A DNA stretch of 64,000 bases from Eledone cirrhosa (lineage: Eukaryota), in the NCBI GenBank assembly GCA_964016885.1, contig OZ024742.1:360158001-360222000 (forward strand). The letters run 5' to 3'. Positions 11,001-26,500 of the stretch are shown in pieces. Both the position numbers and the translations under genes were made by a program. A model generated the notes under the pieces. It worked only from the letters and a program-made list of their open reading frames with translations. It made no database searches and was not told where the DNA came from. Every line of letters begins with the position of its first letter. The first letter of the stretch is position 1.

Positions 11001-14000
11001 TGGTGAAACATCCAGTCACCCATACACAGTATCTCTCTTCTATAACACCCCATCAACGTCTATATAGTGGTGAAACAGCCAGTCACCCAAACACAGTATC
11101 TCTCTTCTATAATACCCCATCAACGTCTATATAGTGGTGAAACAGCCAGTCATCTATACACGGTATCTCTCTTCTATAACATCCCATCAACGTCTATATA
11201 GTGGTTAAACAGCCAGTCACCCATACACATTATCTCTCTTCTATAACACCCCATCAACGTCTATGTAGTGGTGAAACAACCAGTCACCCATACACCATAT
11301 CTCTCTTCTATAATACCCCATCAACGTCTATATAGTGGTGACACATCCAGTCACCTATACACAGTATCTCTCTTCTATAACACCCCATCAACGTCTATAT
11401 AGTGGTGAAACAGCCAGTCACCCATTCACAGTATCTCTGTTTTATAACACCCCATCAACGTCTATATACTGGTGTCACATCAAGTCACCTATACACAGTA
11501 TCTCTCTTCTATAACACCCCATCAACGTCTATATAGTGGTGAAACATCCAGTCACCCATACACAGTATCTCTCTTCAATAACACCCCATCAACGTCTATA
11601 TAGTGGTGAAACATCCAGTCACCCATACACAGTATCTCTCTTCTATTATACCCCATCAACGTCTATATAATGGTGACGCATCCAGTCACCTATACACAGT
11701 ATCTCTCTTCTATAACACCCTATCAACGTCTATATATTGGTGAAACAGCCAGTCACCCATACACAGTATCTCTCTTCTATAACACCCCATCAACGTCTAT
11801 ATAGTGGTGAAACAACCAGTCACCCATACACCATATCTCACTTCTATAATACCCCATCAACGTCTATATATTGGTGACACATCCAGTCACCTATACACAG
11901 TATCTCTCTTCTATAACACCCCATTGACGTCTATATAGTGGTGAAACAGCCAGTCACCTATACATAGTATCTCTCTTCTATAACACCCCATCAACGTCTA
12001 TATAGTGGTGAAACAGCCAGTCACCCATACACAGTATCTCTCTTCTATAACACCCCATCAACGTCTATATAATGGTGACGCATCCAGTCACCCATACACA
12101 GTATCTCTCTTCTATAACACCCCATCAACGTCTATATAGTGGTGAAACGGCCAGTCACCCATACACAGTATCTCTCTTCTATAACACCCCATCAACGTCT
12201 ATATAGTGGTGAAACAGCCAGACACCTATACACAGTATCTCTCTTCTATAACACCCCATCAACGTCTGTATAGTGGTGACACAGCCACTCACCCATACAC
12301 AGTATCTCTCTTCTATAAAGCCCCATCAACATCTATATAGTGGCGACACATCCAGTCACCTATACACAGTATCTCTCTTCTATAACACCCCATCAACGTC
12401 TACATAGTGGTGAAACAGCCAGTCACCCATACACAGTATCTCTCTTCTATAACACCCCATCAACGTCTATATAGTGGTGACACATCCAATCACCTATACA
12501 CAGTATCTCTCTTCTATAACACCCCATCAACGTCTATAGTGTTGACACATTCAGTCACCTATACACAGTATTTCTCTTCTATAACACCCCATGAACGTCT
12601 ATATAGTGGTGAAACATCCAGTCACCTATACACACAGTATCTCTCTTCTATAATACACCATCAACGTCTATATAGTGGTGAAACAGCCAGTCACCTATAC
12701 ACAGTATCTCTCTTCTATAACACCCCATCAACGTCTATATAGTGGTGAAACAGCCAGTCACCCATACACAGTATTTCTCTTCTATAACACCCCATCAACG
12801 TCTATATAGTGGTGACGCATCCAGTCACCCATACACAGTATCGCTCTTCTATAAACCCCATCAACGTCTATATGGTGTTGAAACAGCCAGTCACCCATAC
12901 ACAGTATCTCTCTTCTATAATACCCCATCAACGTCTATATAGTGGTGAAACAGCCAGTTACCCATACACAGTATCTCTCTTCTATTATACCCCATCAACG
13001 TCTATATAATGGTGACGCATCCAGTCACCTATACACAGTATCTCTCTTCTATAACACCCCATCAAGTCTATATATTGGTGAAACAGCCAGTCACCCATAC
13101 ACAGTATCTCTGTTCTATAACACCCCATCAACGTCTATATAGTGGTGACACATCCAGTCACCCATACACAGTATCTCTCTTCTATAACACCCCATCAACG
13201 TCTATATACTGATGAAACAGCCAGTCACCCATACACAGTATCTCTCTTCTATAACACCCCATCAACGTCTATATAGTGGTGACACATCCAGTCACCTATA
13301 CACAGTATGTCTCTTCTATAATACCCCATTCACGTCTATATATTGGTGACACATCCAGTCACCCATACACAGTATGTCTCTTCTATAACACTCCATCAAC
13401 GTCTATATAGTGGTGACACATCCAGTCACCTATACACAGTATCCCTCTTCTATAACACCCCATCAACGTCTATGTAGTGGTGAAACAGCCAGTCACCCAT
13501 ACACAATATCTCTCTTCTATAACACACCATCAACGTCTATATAGTGGTGAAACATCCAGTCACCTATACACAGTATGTCTCTTCTATAATACCCCATTCA
13601 CGTCTATATAGTTGTGACACATCCAGTCACCCATACACAGTATCTCTCTTCTATAACACCCCATCAACGTCTATATAGTGGTGAAACAGCCAGTCACCCA
13701 TACACAGTATCTCTCTTCTATAACACCCCATCAACGTCTATATAGTGGTGTCACATCAAGTCACCTATACACAGTATATCTCTTCTATAACACCCCATCA
13801 ACGTCTATATAGTGGTGAAACATCCAGTCACCCATACACAGTATCTCTCTTCTATAACACCCCATCAACGTCTATATAGTGGTGAAACATCCAGTCACCC
13901 ATACACAGTATCTCTCTTCTATAACACCACATCAACGTCTATATAGTGGTGACACATCCAGTCACCTATACACAGTATCTCTCTTCTATAACACCGCATC

Positions 14001-14527
14001 AATGTCTATATAGTGGTGAAACATCCAGTCACCCATACACAGTATCTCTCTTCTATAACACCACATCAACGTCTATATAGTGGTGACACATCCAGTCACC
14101 TATACACAGTATCTCTCTTCTATAATACCCCATCAACGTCTATATAGTGGTGAAACAGCCAGTCACCCAAACACAGTATCTCTCTTCTATAATACTACAT
14201 CAACGTCTATATAGTGGTGAAACAGCCAGGCACCTATACACAGTATCGCTCCTCTATAACACCCCATCAACGTCTATATAGTGGTGAAACAGCCAGTCAG
14301 CAATACACAGTATCTCTCTTCTATTAAACCCAATCAACGTCTATATAATGGTGACGCATCCATTCACCTATTCACAGTATCTCTCTTCTATAACACCCCA
14401 TCAACGTCTATATATTGGTGAAACAGCCAGTCACCCATACACAGTATCTCTCTTCTATAACACACCATCAACGTCTATATAGTGGTGAAACAACCAGTCA
14501 CCCATACACCATATCTCTCTTCTATAA

Positions 14528-17500
14528 TACCCCATCAACGTCTATATAGTGGTGACACATACAGTCACCTATACACAGTATCTCTCTTCTATAACACCCC
14601 ATTGACGTCTATATAGTGGTGAAACAGCCAGTCACCCATACATAGTATCTCTCTTCTATAACAGCCCATCAACGTCTATATAGTGGTGAAACAGCCAGTC
14701 ACCCATACACAGTATCTCTCTTCTATAACAACCCATTAACGTCTATATAGTGGTGACACATCCAGTCACCTATACACAGTATCTCTCTTCTATAACACCC
14801 CATCAACGTCTATATAATGGTGACGCATCCAGTCAACCATACACAGTATCTCTCTTCTATAACACCCCATTAACGTCAATATAGTGGTGAAACAGCCAGT
14901 CACCTATACACAGTATTTCTGTTCTATAACACCCCATCAACGTCTATATAGTGGTGAAACAGCCAGTCACCTATACACAGTATCTCTCTTCTATAACACC
15001 CCATCAACGTCTATATAGTGGTGAAACAGCCAGTCACCCATACACAATATCTCTCTTCTATAACACCCCATCAACGTCTATATAGTGGTGACACAGCCAC
15101 TCACCAATACACAGTATCTCTCTTCTATAATGCCCCATCAACGTCTATATAGTGGCGACACATCCAGTCACCTATACACAGTATCTCTCTTCTATAACAC
15201 CCCTTTGACGTCTATATAGTGGTGAAACAGCTAGTCACCCATACACAGTATCTCTCTTCTATAACACCCCATTCACGTCTATATAGTGGTGACACAGCCA
15301 CTCACCCATACACAGTATCTCTCTTCTATAATGCCCCATCAACGTCTATATTATGGTCACGCATCCAGTCACCTATACACAGTATCTCTCTTCTATAACA
15401 CCCCATTGACGTCTATATAGTGTTGAAACAGCCAGTCACCCATACACAGTATCTCTCTTTTATAACACACCATCAACGTCTATATAGTGGTGAAACAACC
15501 AGTCACCCATACACCATATCTCTCTTCTATAATACCCCATCAACGTCTATATAGTGGTGACACATACAGTCACCTATACACAGTATCTCTCTTCTATAAC
15601 ACCCCATTGACGTCAATATAGTGGTGAAACAGCCAGTCACCCAGACATAGTATCTCTCTTCTGTAACAGCCCATCAACGTCTATATAGTGGTGAAACAGC
15701 CAGTCACCCATACACAGTATCTCTCTTCTATAACACCCCATCAACGTCTATATAATGGTGACGCATCCAGTCACCCATACACAGTATATCTCTTCTATAA
15801 CACCCTATCAACGTCTATATAGTGGTGAAACAGCCAGTCACCCATACACAGTATCTCTCTTCTATTATACCCCATCAACGTCTATATAATGGTGACGCAT
15901 CCAGTCACCTATACACAGTATCTCTCTTCTATAACACCCCATCAACGTCTATATATTGGTGAAACAGCCAGTCACCCATACACAGTATCTCTCTTCTATT
16001 ATACCCCATCAACGTCTATATAATGGTGACGCATCCAGTCACCTATACACAGTATCTCTCTTCTATAACAGCCCATCAACGTCTATATAGTGGTGAAACA
16101 ACCAGTCACACATACACCATATCTCTCTTCTATAATACCCCTTCAACGTCTATATAGTGGTGACACATCCAGTCACCTATACACAGTATCTCTCTTCTAT
16201 AAAACCCCATTGACGTCTATATAGTGGTGACGCATCCAGTCACCTATACACAGTATCTCTCTTCTATAACACCCCATCAACGTCTATGTATTGGTGAAAC
16301 AGCCAGTCACCCATACACAGTATCTCTCTTCTATAACACCCCATCAACGTCTATATAGTGGTGAAACAGCCAGTCACCCATACACAGTATCTCTCTTCTA
16401 TAACACCCCATCAACGTCTATATAGTGGTGAAACAACCAGTCACCCATACACCATATCTTTCTTCTATAATACCCCTTCAACGTCTATATAGTGGTGACA
16501 CATCCAGTCACCTATACACAGTATCTCTCTTCTATAAAACCCCATTGACGTCTATATAGTGGTGAAACAGCCAGTCACCCATACACAGTATATCTCTTCT
16601 ATTATACCCCATCAACGTCTATATAATGGTGACGCATCCAGTCACCTATACACAGTATCTCTCTTCTATAACACCCCATCAACGTCTATATAGTGGTGAA
16701 GCATCCAGTCACCCATACACATTATCTCTCTTCTATAACACCCAATCAACGTCTATATAGTGGTCACACATCCAGTCACCTATACACAGTATCTCTCTTC
16801 TATAACACCCCATCAACGTCTATATAGTGGTGAAACAGCCAGGCACCCATACACAGTATCCCTCTTCTATAACACCCCATCAACGTCTATATAGTGGTGA
16901 AACAGCCAGTCACCCATACACAGTATCTCTCTTCTATAACACCCCATCAACGTCTATATAGTGGTGACACATCCAGTCACCCATACACAGTATCTCTCTT
17001 CTATAACAACCCATCAACGTCTATATACTGATGAAATAGCCAGTCACCCATACACAGTATCTCTCTTCTATAACACCCCATTCACGTCTATATAGTGGTG
17101 ACACATCCAGTCAACCATACACAGTATCTCTCTTCTATAATACCCCATTCACGTCTATATAGTGGTGACACATCCAGTCACCCATACACAGTATCTCTCT
17201 TCTATAACACCCCATCAACGTCTATATAGTGGTGAAACAGCCAGTCACCCATACACAGTATCTCTCTTCTATAACACTCCATCAACGTCTATATAGTGGT
17301 GAAACAGCCAGTTACCTATACACAGTATCTCTCTTCTATAACACCCCATCAACGTCTATATAGTGGTGAAACAGCCAGTCACCCATACACAGTATCTCTC
17401 TTCTATAACACCCATCAACGTCAATATAGTGGTGAAACAGCCAGTCACCTATACACAGTATCTCTCATCTATAACACCCCATCAACGTCTATATAATGGT

Positions 17501-20500
17501 GACGCATCCAGTCACCTATACACAGTATCTCTCTTCTATAACACCCCATCTACGTCTATATATTGGTGAAACAGCCAGTCACCCATACACAGTATCTCTC
17601 TTCTATTATACCCCATCAACGTCTATATAATGGTGACGCATCCAGTCACCTATACACAGTATCTCTCTTCTATAACACCCCATCAACGTCTATATAGTGG
17701 TGAAACAGCCAGTCACCCATACACAGTATCTCTCTTCTATAACACCCCATCAACGTCTATATAGTGGTGACGCATCCAGTCGCCCATACACAGTATCTCT
17801 CTTCTATAACACCCCATCAACGTCTATATACTGATGAAACAGCCAGTCACCTATACACAGTATCTCTCTTCTATAACACCCCATCAACGTCTATATAGTG
17901 GTGGCACATCCAGTCACCTATACACAGTATGTCTCTTCTATAATACCACATTCACGTCTATATAGTGGTGACACATCCAGTCAGCCATACACAGTATCTC
18001 TCTTCTATAACACCCCATCAACGTCTATATATTCGAGACACATCCAGTCACCTATACACAGTATCCCTCTTCTATAACACCCCATCAACGTCTATGTAGT
18101 GGTGAAACAGCCAGTCACCCATACACAATATCTCTCTTCTATAACACCCCATCAACGTCTATATAGTGGTGACACATCCAGTCACCTATACACAGTATGT
18201 CTCTTCTATTATACCCCATCAACGTCTATATAATGGTGACGCATCCAGTCACCTATACACAGTATCTCTCTTCTATAACACCCCATCAACGTCTATATAG
18301 TGGTGAAACAGCCAGTCACCCATACACAGTATCTCTGTTCTATAACACCCCATCAACGTCTATATAGTGGTGAAACAACCAGTCACCCATACACCATATC
18401 TCTCTTCTATAATACCCCTTCAACGTCTATATAGTGGTGAAACAGCCAGTCACCCATACACAGTATCTCTCTTCTATAACACCACATCAACGTCTATATA
18501 GTGGTGACACATCCAGTCACCCATACACAGTATCTCTCTTCTATAACAACCCATCAACGTCTATATACTGATGAAATAGCCAGTCACCCATACACAGTAT
18601 CTCTCTTCTATAACACCCCATCAACGTCTATATAGTGGTGACACATCCAGTCAGCTACACACAGTATGTCTCTTCTATAATACCCCATTCACGTCTATAT
18701 AGTGGTGACACATCCAGTCACCCATACACAGTATCTCTCTTCTATAACACCCCATCAACGTCTATATAGTGGTGAAACAGCCAGTCACCCATACACAGTA
18801 TCTCTCTTCTATAACACTCCATTAACGTCTATATATTGGTGAAACAGCCAGTTACCTATACACAGTATCTCTCTTCTATAACACCCCATCAACGTCTATA
18901 TAGTGGTGAAACAGCCAGTCACCCATACACAGTATCTCTCTTCTATAACACCCATCAACGTCAATATAGTGGTGAAACAGCCAGTCACCTATACACAGTA
19001 TCTCTCTTCTATAACACCCCATCAACGTCTATATAATGGTGACGCATCCAGTCACCCATACACAGTATATCTCTTCTATAACACCCTATCAACGTCTATA
19101 TAGTGGTGAAACAGCCAGTCACCCATACACAGTATCTCTCTTCTATTATACCCCATCAACGTCTATATAATGGTGACGCATCCAGTCACCTATACACAGT
19201 ATCTCTCTTCTATAACACCCCATCAACGTCTATATATTGGTGAAACAGCCAGTCACCCATACACAGTATCTCTCTTCTATTATACCCCATCAACGTCTAT
19301 ATAATGGTGACGCATCCAGTCACCTATACACAGTATCTCTCTTCTATAACAGCCCATCAACGTCTATATAGTGGTGAAACAACCAGTCACACATACACCA
19401 TATCTCTCTTCTATAATACCCCTTCAACGTCTATATAGTGGTGACACATCCAGTCACCTATACACAGTATCTCTCTTCTATAAAACCCCATTGACGTCTA
19501 TATAGTGGTGACGCATCCAGTCACCTATACACAGTATCTCTCTTCTATAACACCCCATCAACGTCTATATATTGGTGAAACAGCCAGTCACCCATACACA
19601 GTATCTCTCTTCTATAACACCCCATCAACGTCTATATAGTGGTGAAACAGCCAGTCACCCATACACAGTATCTCTCTTCTATAACACCCCATCAACGTCT
19701 ATATAGTGGTGAAACAACCAGTCACCCATACACCATATCTTTCTTCTATAATACCCCTTCAACGTCTATATACTGGTGACACATCCAGTCACCTATACAC
19801 AGTATCTCTCTTCTATAAAACCCCATTGACGTCTATATAGTGGTGAAACAGCCAGTCACCCATACACAGTATATCTCTTCTATTATACCCCATCAACGTC
19901 TATATAATGGTGACGCATCCAGTCACCTATACACAGTATCTCTCTTCTATAACACCCCATCAACGTCTATATAGTGGTGAAGCATCCAGTCACCCATACA
20001 CATTATCTCTCTTCTATAACACCCAATCAACGTCTATATAGTGGTCACACATCCAGTCACCTATACACAGTATCTCTCTTCTATAACACCCCATCAACGT
20101 CTATATAGTGGTGAAACAGCCAGGCACCCATACACAGTATCCCTCTTCTATAACACCCCATCAACGTCTATATAGTGGTGAAACAGCCAGTCACCCATAC
20201 ACAGTATCTCTCTTCTATAACACCCCATCAACGTCTATATAGTGGTGACACATCCAGTCACCCATACACAGTATCTCTCTTCTATAACAACCCATCAACG
20301 TCTATATACTGATGAAATAGCCAGTCACCCATACACAGTATCTCTCTTCTATAACACCCCATTCACGTCTATATAGTGGTGACACATCCAGTCAACCATA
20401 CACAGTATCTCTCTTCTATATTACCCCATTCACGTCTATATAGTGGTGACACATCCAGTCACCCATACACAGTATCTCTCTTCTATAACACCCCATCAAC

Positions 20501-23500
20501 GTCTATATAGTGGTGAAACAGCCAGTCACCCATACACAGTATCTCTCTTCTATAACACTCCATCAACGTCTATATAGTGGTGAAACAGCCAGTCACCCAT
20601 ACACAGTATCTCTCTTCTATAACAACCCATTAACGTCTATATAGTGGTGACACATCCAGTCACCTATACACAGTATCTCTCTTCTATAACACCCCATCAA
20701 CGTCTATATAATGGTGACGCATCCAGTCAACCATACACAGTATCTCTCTTCTATAACACCCCATCAACGTCTATATAGTGGTGACACATCCAGTCACCCA
20801 TACACAGTATCTCTCTTCTATAACAACCCATCAACGTCTATATACTGATGAAATAGCCAGTCACCCATACACAGTATCTCTCTTCTATAACACCCCATTC
20901 ACGTCTATATAGTGGTGACACATCCAGTCAACCATACACAGTATCTCTCTTCTATATTACCCCATCAACGTCTATATAGTGGTGACACATACAGTCACCT
21001 ATACACAGTATCTCTCTTCTATAACACCCCATTGACGTCTATATAGTGGTGAAACAGCCAGTCACCCATACATAGTATCTCTCTTCTATAACAGCCCATC
21101 AACGTCTATATAGTGGTGAAACAGCCAGTCACCCATACACAGTATCTCTCTTCTATAACAACCCATTAACGTCTATATAGTGGTGACACATCCAGTCACC
21201 TATACACAGTATCTCTCTTCTATAACACCCCATCAACGTCTATATAATGGTGACGCATCCAGTCAACCATACACAGTATCTCTCTTCTATAACACCCCAT
21301 TAACGTCAATATAGTGGTGAAACAGCCAGTCACCTATACACAGTATTTCTGTTCTATAACACCCCATCAACGTCTATATAGTGGTGAAACAGCCAGTCAC
21401 CTATACACAGTATCTCTCTTCTATAACACCCCATCAACGTCTATATAGTGGTGAAACAGCCAGTCACCCATACACAATATCTCTCTTCTATAACACCCCA
21501 TCAACGTCTATATAGTGGTGACACAGCCACTCACCAATACACAGTATCTCTCTTCTATAATGCCCCATCAACGTCTATATAGTGGCGACACATCCAGTCA
21601 CCTATACACAGTATCTCTCTTCTATAACACCCCTTTGACGTCTATATAGTGGTGAAACAGCTAGTCACCCATACACAGTATCTCTCTTCTATAACACCCC
21701 ATTCACGTCTATATAGTGGTGACACAGCCACTCACCCATACACAGTATCTCTCTTCTATAATGCCCCATCAACGTCTATATTATGGTCACGCATCCAGTC
21801 ACCTATACACAGTATCTCTCTTCTATAACACCCCATTGACGTCTATATAGTGTTGAAACAGCCAGTCACCCATACACAGTATCTCTCTTTTATAACACAC
21901 CATCAACGTCTATATAGTGGTGAAACAACCAGTCACCCATACACCATATCTCTCTTCTATAATACCCCATCAACGTCTATATAGTGGTGACACATACAGT
22001 CACCTATACACAGTATCTCTCTTCTATAACACCCCATTGACGTCAATATAGTGGTGAAACAGCCAGTCACCCAGACATAGTATCTCTCTTCTGTAACAGC
22101 CCATCAACGTCTATATAGTGGTGAAACAGCCAGTCACCCATACACAGTATCTCTCTTCTATAACACCCCATCAACGTCTATATAATGGTGACGCATCCAG
22201 TCACCCATACACAGTATATCTCTTCTATAACACCCTATCAACGTCTATATAGTGGTGAAACAGCCAGTCACCCATACACAGTATCTCTCTTCTATTATAC
22301 CCCATCAACGTCTATATAATGGTGACGCATCCAGTCACCTATACACAGTATCTCTCTTCTATAACACCCCATCAACGTCTATATATTGGTGAAACAGCCA
22401 GTCACCCATACACAGTATCTCTCTTCTATTATACCCCATCAACGTCTATATAATGGTGACGCATCCAGTCACCTATACACAGTATCTCTCTTCTATAACA
22501 GCCCATCAACGTCTATATAGTGGTGAAACAACCAGTCACACATACACCATATCTCTCTTCTATAATACCCCTTCAACGTCTATATAGTGGTGACACATCC
22601 AGTCACCTATACACAGTATCTCTCTTCTATAAAACCCCATTGACGTCTATATAGTGGTGACGCATCCAGTCACCTATACACAGTATCTCTCTTCTATAAC
22701 ACCCCATCAACGTCTATATATTGGTGAAACAGCCAGTCACCCATACACAGTATCTCTCTTCTATAACACCCCATCAACGTCTATATAGTGGTGAAACAGC
22801 CAGTCACCCATACACAGTATCTCTCTTCTATAACACCCCATCAACGTCTATATAGTGGTGAAACAACCAGTCACCCATACACCATATCTTTCTTCTATAA
22901 TACCCCTTCAACGTCTATATAGTGGTGACACATCCAGTCACCTATACACAGTATCTCTCTTCTATAAAACCCCATTGACGTCTATATAGTGGTGAAACAG
23001 CCAGTCACCCATACACAGTATATCTCTTCTATTATACCCCATCAACGTCTATATAATGGTGACGCATCCAGTCACCTATACACAGTATCTCTCTTCTATA
23101 ACACCCCATCAACGTCTATATAGTGGTGACACATCCAGTCAACCATACACAGTATCTCTCTTCTATAATACCCCATTCACGTCTATATAGTGGTGACACA
23201 TCCAGTCACCCATACACAGTATCTCTCTTCTATAACACCCCATCAACGTCTATATAGTGGTGAAACAGCCAGTCACCCATACACAGTATCTCTCTTCTAT
23301 AACACTCCATCAACGTCTATATAGTGGTGAAACAGCCAGTTACCTATACACAGTATCTCTCTTCTATAACACCCCATCAACGTCTATATAGTGGTGAAAC
23401 AGCCAGTCACCCATACACAGTATCTCTCTTCTATAACACCCATCAACGTCAATATAGTGGTGAAACAGCCAGTCACCTATACACAGTATCTCTCATCTAT

Positions 23501-26500
23501 AACACCCCATCAACGTCTATATAATGGTGACGCATCCAGTCACCTATACACAGTATCTCTCTTCTATAACACCCCATCTACGTCTATATATTGGTGAAAC
23601 AGCCAGTCACCCATACACAGTATCTCTCTTCTATTATACCCCATCAACGTCTATATAATGGTGACGCATCCAGTCACCTATACACAGTATCTCTCTTCTA
23701 TAACACCCCATCAACGTCTATATAGTGGTGAAACAGCCAGTCACCCATACACAGTATCTCTCTTCTATAACACCCCATCAACGTCTATATAGTGGTGACG
23801 CATCCAGTCGCCCATACACAGTATCTCTCTTCTATAACACCCCATCAACGTCTATATACTGATGAAACAGCCAGTCACCTATACACAGTATCTCTCTTCT
23901 ATAACACCCCATCAACGTCTATATAGTGGTGGCACATCCAGTCACCTATACACAGTATGTCTCTTCTATAATACCACATTCACGTCTATATAGTGGTGAC
24001 ACATCCAGTCAGCCATACACAGTATCTCTCTTCTATAACACCCCATCAACGTCTATATATTCGAGACACATCCAGTCACCTATACACAGTATCCCTCTTC
24101 TATAACACCCCATCAACGTCTATGTAGTGGTGAAACAGCCAGTCACCCATACACAATATCTCTCTTCTATAACACCCCATCAACGTCTATATAGTGGTGA
24201 CACATCCAGTCACCTATACACAGTATGTCTCTTCTATTATACCCCATCAACGTCTATATAATGGTGACGCATCCAGTCACCTATACACAGTATCTCTCTT
24301 CTATAACACCCCATCAACGTCTATATAGTGGTGAAACAGCCAGTCACCCATACACAGTATCTCTGTTCTATAACACCCCATCAACGTCTATATAGTGGTG
24401 AAACAACCAGTCACCCATACACCATATCTCTCTTCTATAATACCCCTTCAACGTCTATATAGTGGTGAAACAGCCAGTCACCCATACACAGTATCTCTCT
24501 TCTATAACACCACATCAACGTCTATATAGTGGTGACACATCCAGTCACCCATACACAGTATCTCTCTTCTATAACAACCCATCAACGTCTATATACTGAT
24601 GAAATAGCCAGTCACCCATACACAGTATCTCTCTTCTATAACACCCCATCAACGTCTATATAGTGGTGACACATCCAGTCAGCTACACACAGTATGTCTC
24701 TTCTATAATACCCCATTCACGTCTATATAGTGGTGACACATCCAGTCACCCATACACAGTATCTCTCTTCTATAACACCCCATCAACGTCTATATAGTGG
24801 TGAAACAGCCAGTCACCCATACACAGTATCTCTCTTCTATAACACTCCATTAACGTCTATATATTGGTGAAACAGCCAGTTACCTATACACAGTATCTCT
24901 CTTCTATAACACTCCATCAACGTCTATATAGTGGTGAAACAGCCAGTCACCCATACACAGTATCTCTCTTCTATAACACCCATCAACGTCAATATAGTGG
25001 TGAAACAGCCAGTCACCCATACACAGTATCTCTCTTCTATAACACCCATCAACGTCAATATAGTGGTGAAACAGCCAGTCACCTATACACAGTATCTCTC
25101 TTCTATAACACCCCATCAACGTCTATATAATGGTGACGCATCCAGTCACCTATACACAGTATCTCTCTTCTATAACAGCCCATCAACGTCTATATAGTGG
25201 TGAAACAACCAGTCACACATACACCATATCTCTCTTCTATAATACCCCTTCAACGTCTATATAGTGGTGACACATCCAGTCACCTATACACAGTATCTCT
25301 CTTCTATAAAACCCCATTGACGTCTATATAGTGGTGACGCATCCAGTCACCTATACACAGTATCTCTCTTCTATAACACCCCATCAACGTCTATATATTG
25401 GTGAAACAGCCAGTCACCCATACACAGTATCTCTCTTCTATAACACCCCATCAACGTCTATATAGTGGTGAAACAGCCAGTCACCCATACACAGTATCTC
25501 TCTTCTATAACACCCCATCAACGTCTATATAGTGGTGAAACAACCAGTCACCCATACACCATATCTTTCTTCTATAATACCCCTTCAACGTCTATATAGT
25601 GGTGACACATCCAGTCACCTATACACAGTATCTCTCTTCTATAAAACCCCATTGACGTCTATATAGTGGTGAAACAGCCAGTCACCCATACACAGTATAT
25701 CTCTTCTATTATACCCCATCAACGTCTATATAATGGTGACGCATCCAGTCACCTATACACAGTATCTCTCTTCTATAACACCCCATCAACGTCTATATAG
25801 TGGTGACACATCCAGTCAACCATACACAGTATCTCTCTTCTATAATACCCCATTCACGTCTATATAGTGGTGACACATCCAGTCACCCATACACAGTATC
25901 TCTCTTCTATAACACCCCATCAACGTCTATATAGTGGTGAAACAGCCAGTCACCCATACACAGTATCTCTCTTCTATAACACTCCATCAACGTCTATATA
26001 GTGGTGAAACAGCCAGTTACCTATACACAGTATCTCTCTTCTATAACACCCCATCAACGTCTATATAGTGGTGAAACAGCCAGTCACCCATACACAGTAT
26101 CTCTCTTCTATAACACCCATCAACGTCAATATAGTGGTGAAACAGCCAGTCACCTATACACAGTATCTCTCATCTATAACACCCCATCAACGTCTATATA
26201 ATGGTGACGCATCCAGTCACCTATACACAGTATCTCTCTTCTATAACACCCCATCTACGTCTATATATTGGTGAAACAGCCAGTCACCCATACACAGTAT
26301 CTCTCTTCTATTATACCCCATCAACGTCTATATAATGGTGACGCATCCAGTCACCTATACACAGTATCTCTCTTCTATAACACCCCATCAACGTCTATAT
26401 AGTGGTGAAACAGCCAGTCACCCATACACAGTATCTCTCTTCTATAACACCCCATCAACGTCTATATAGTGGTGACGCATCCAGTCGCCCATACACAGTA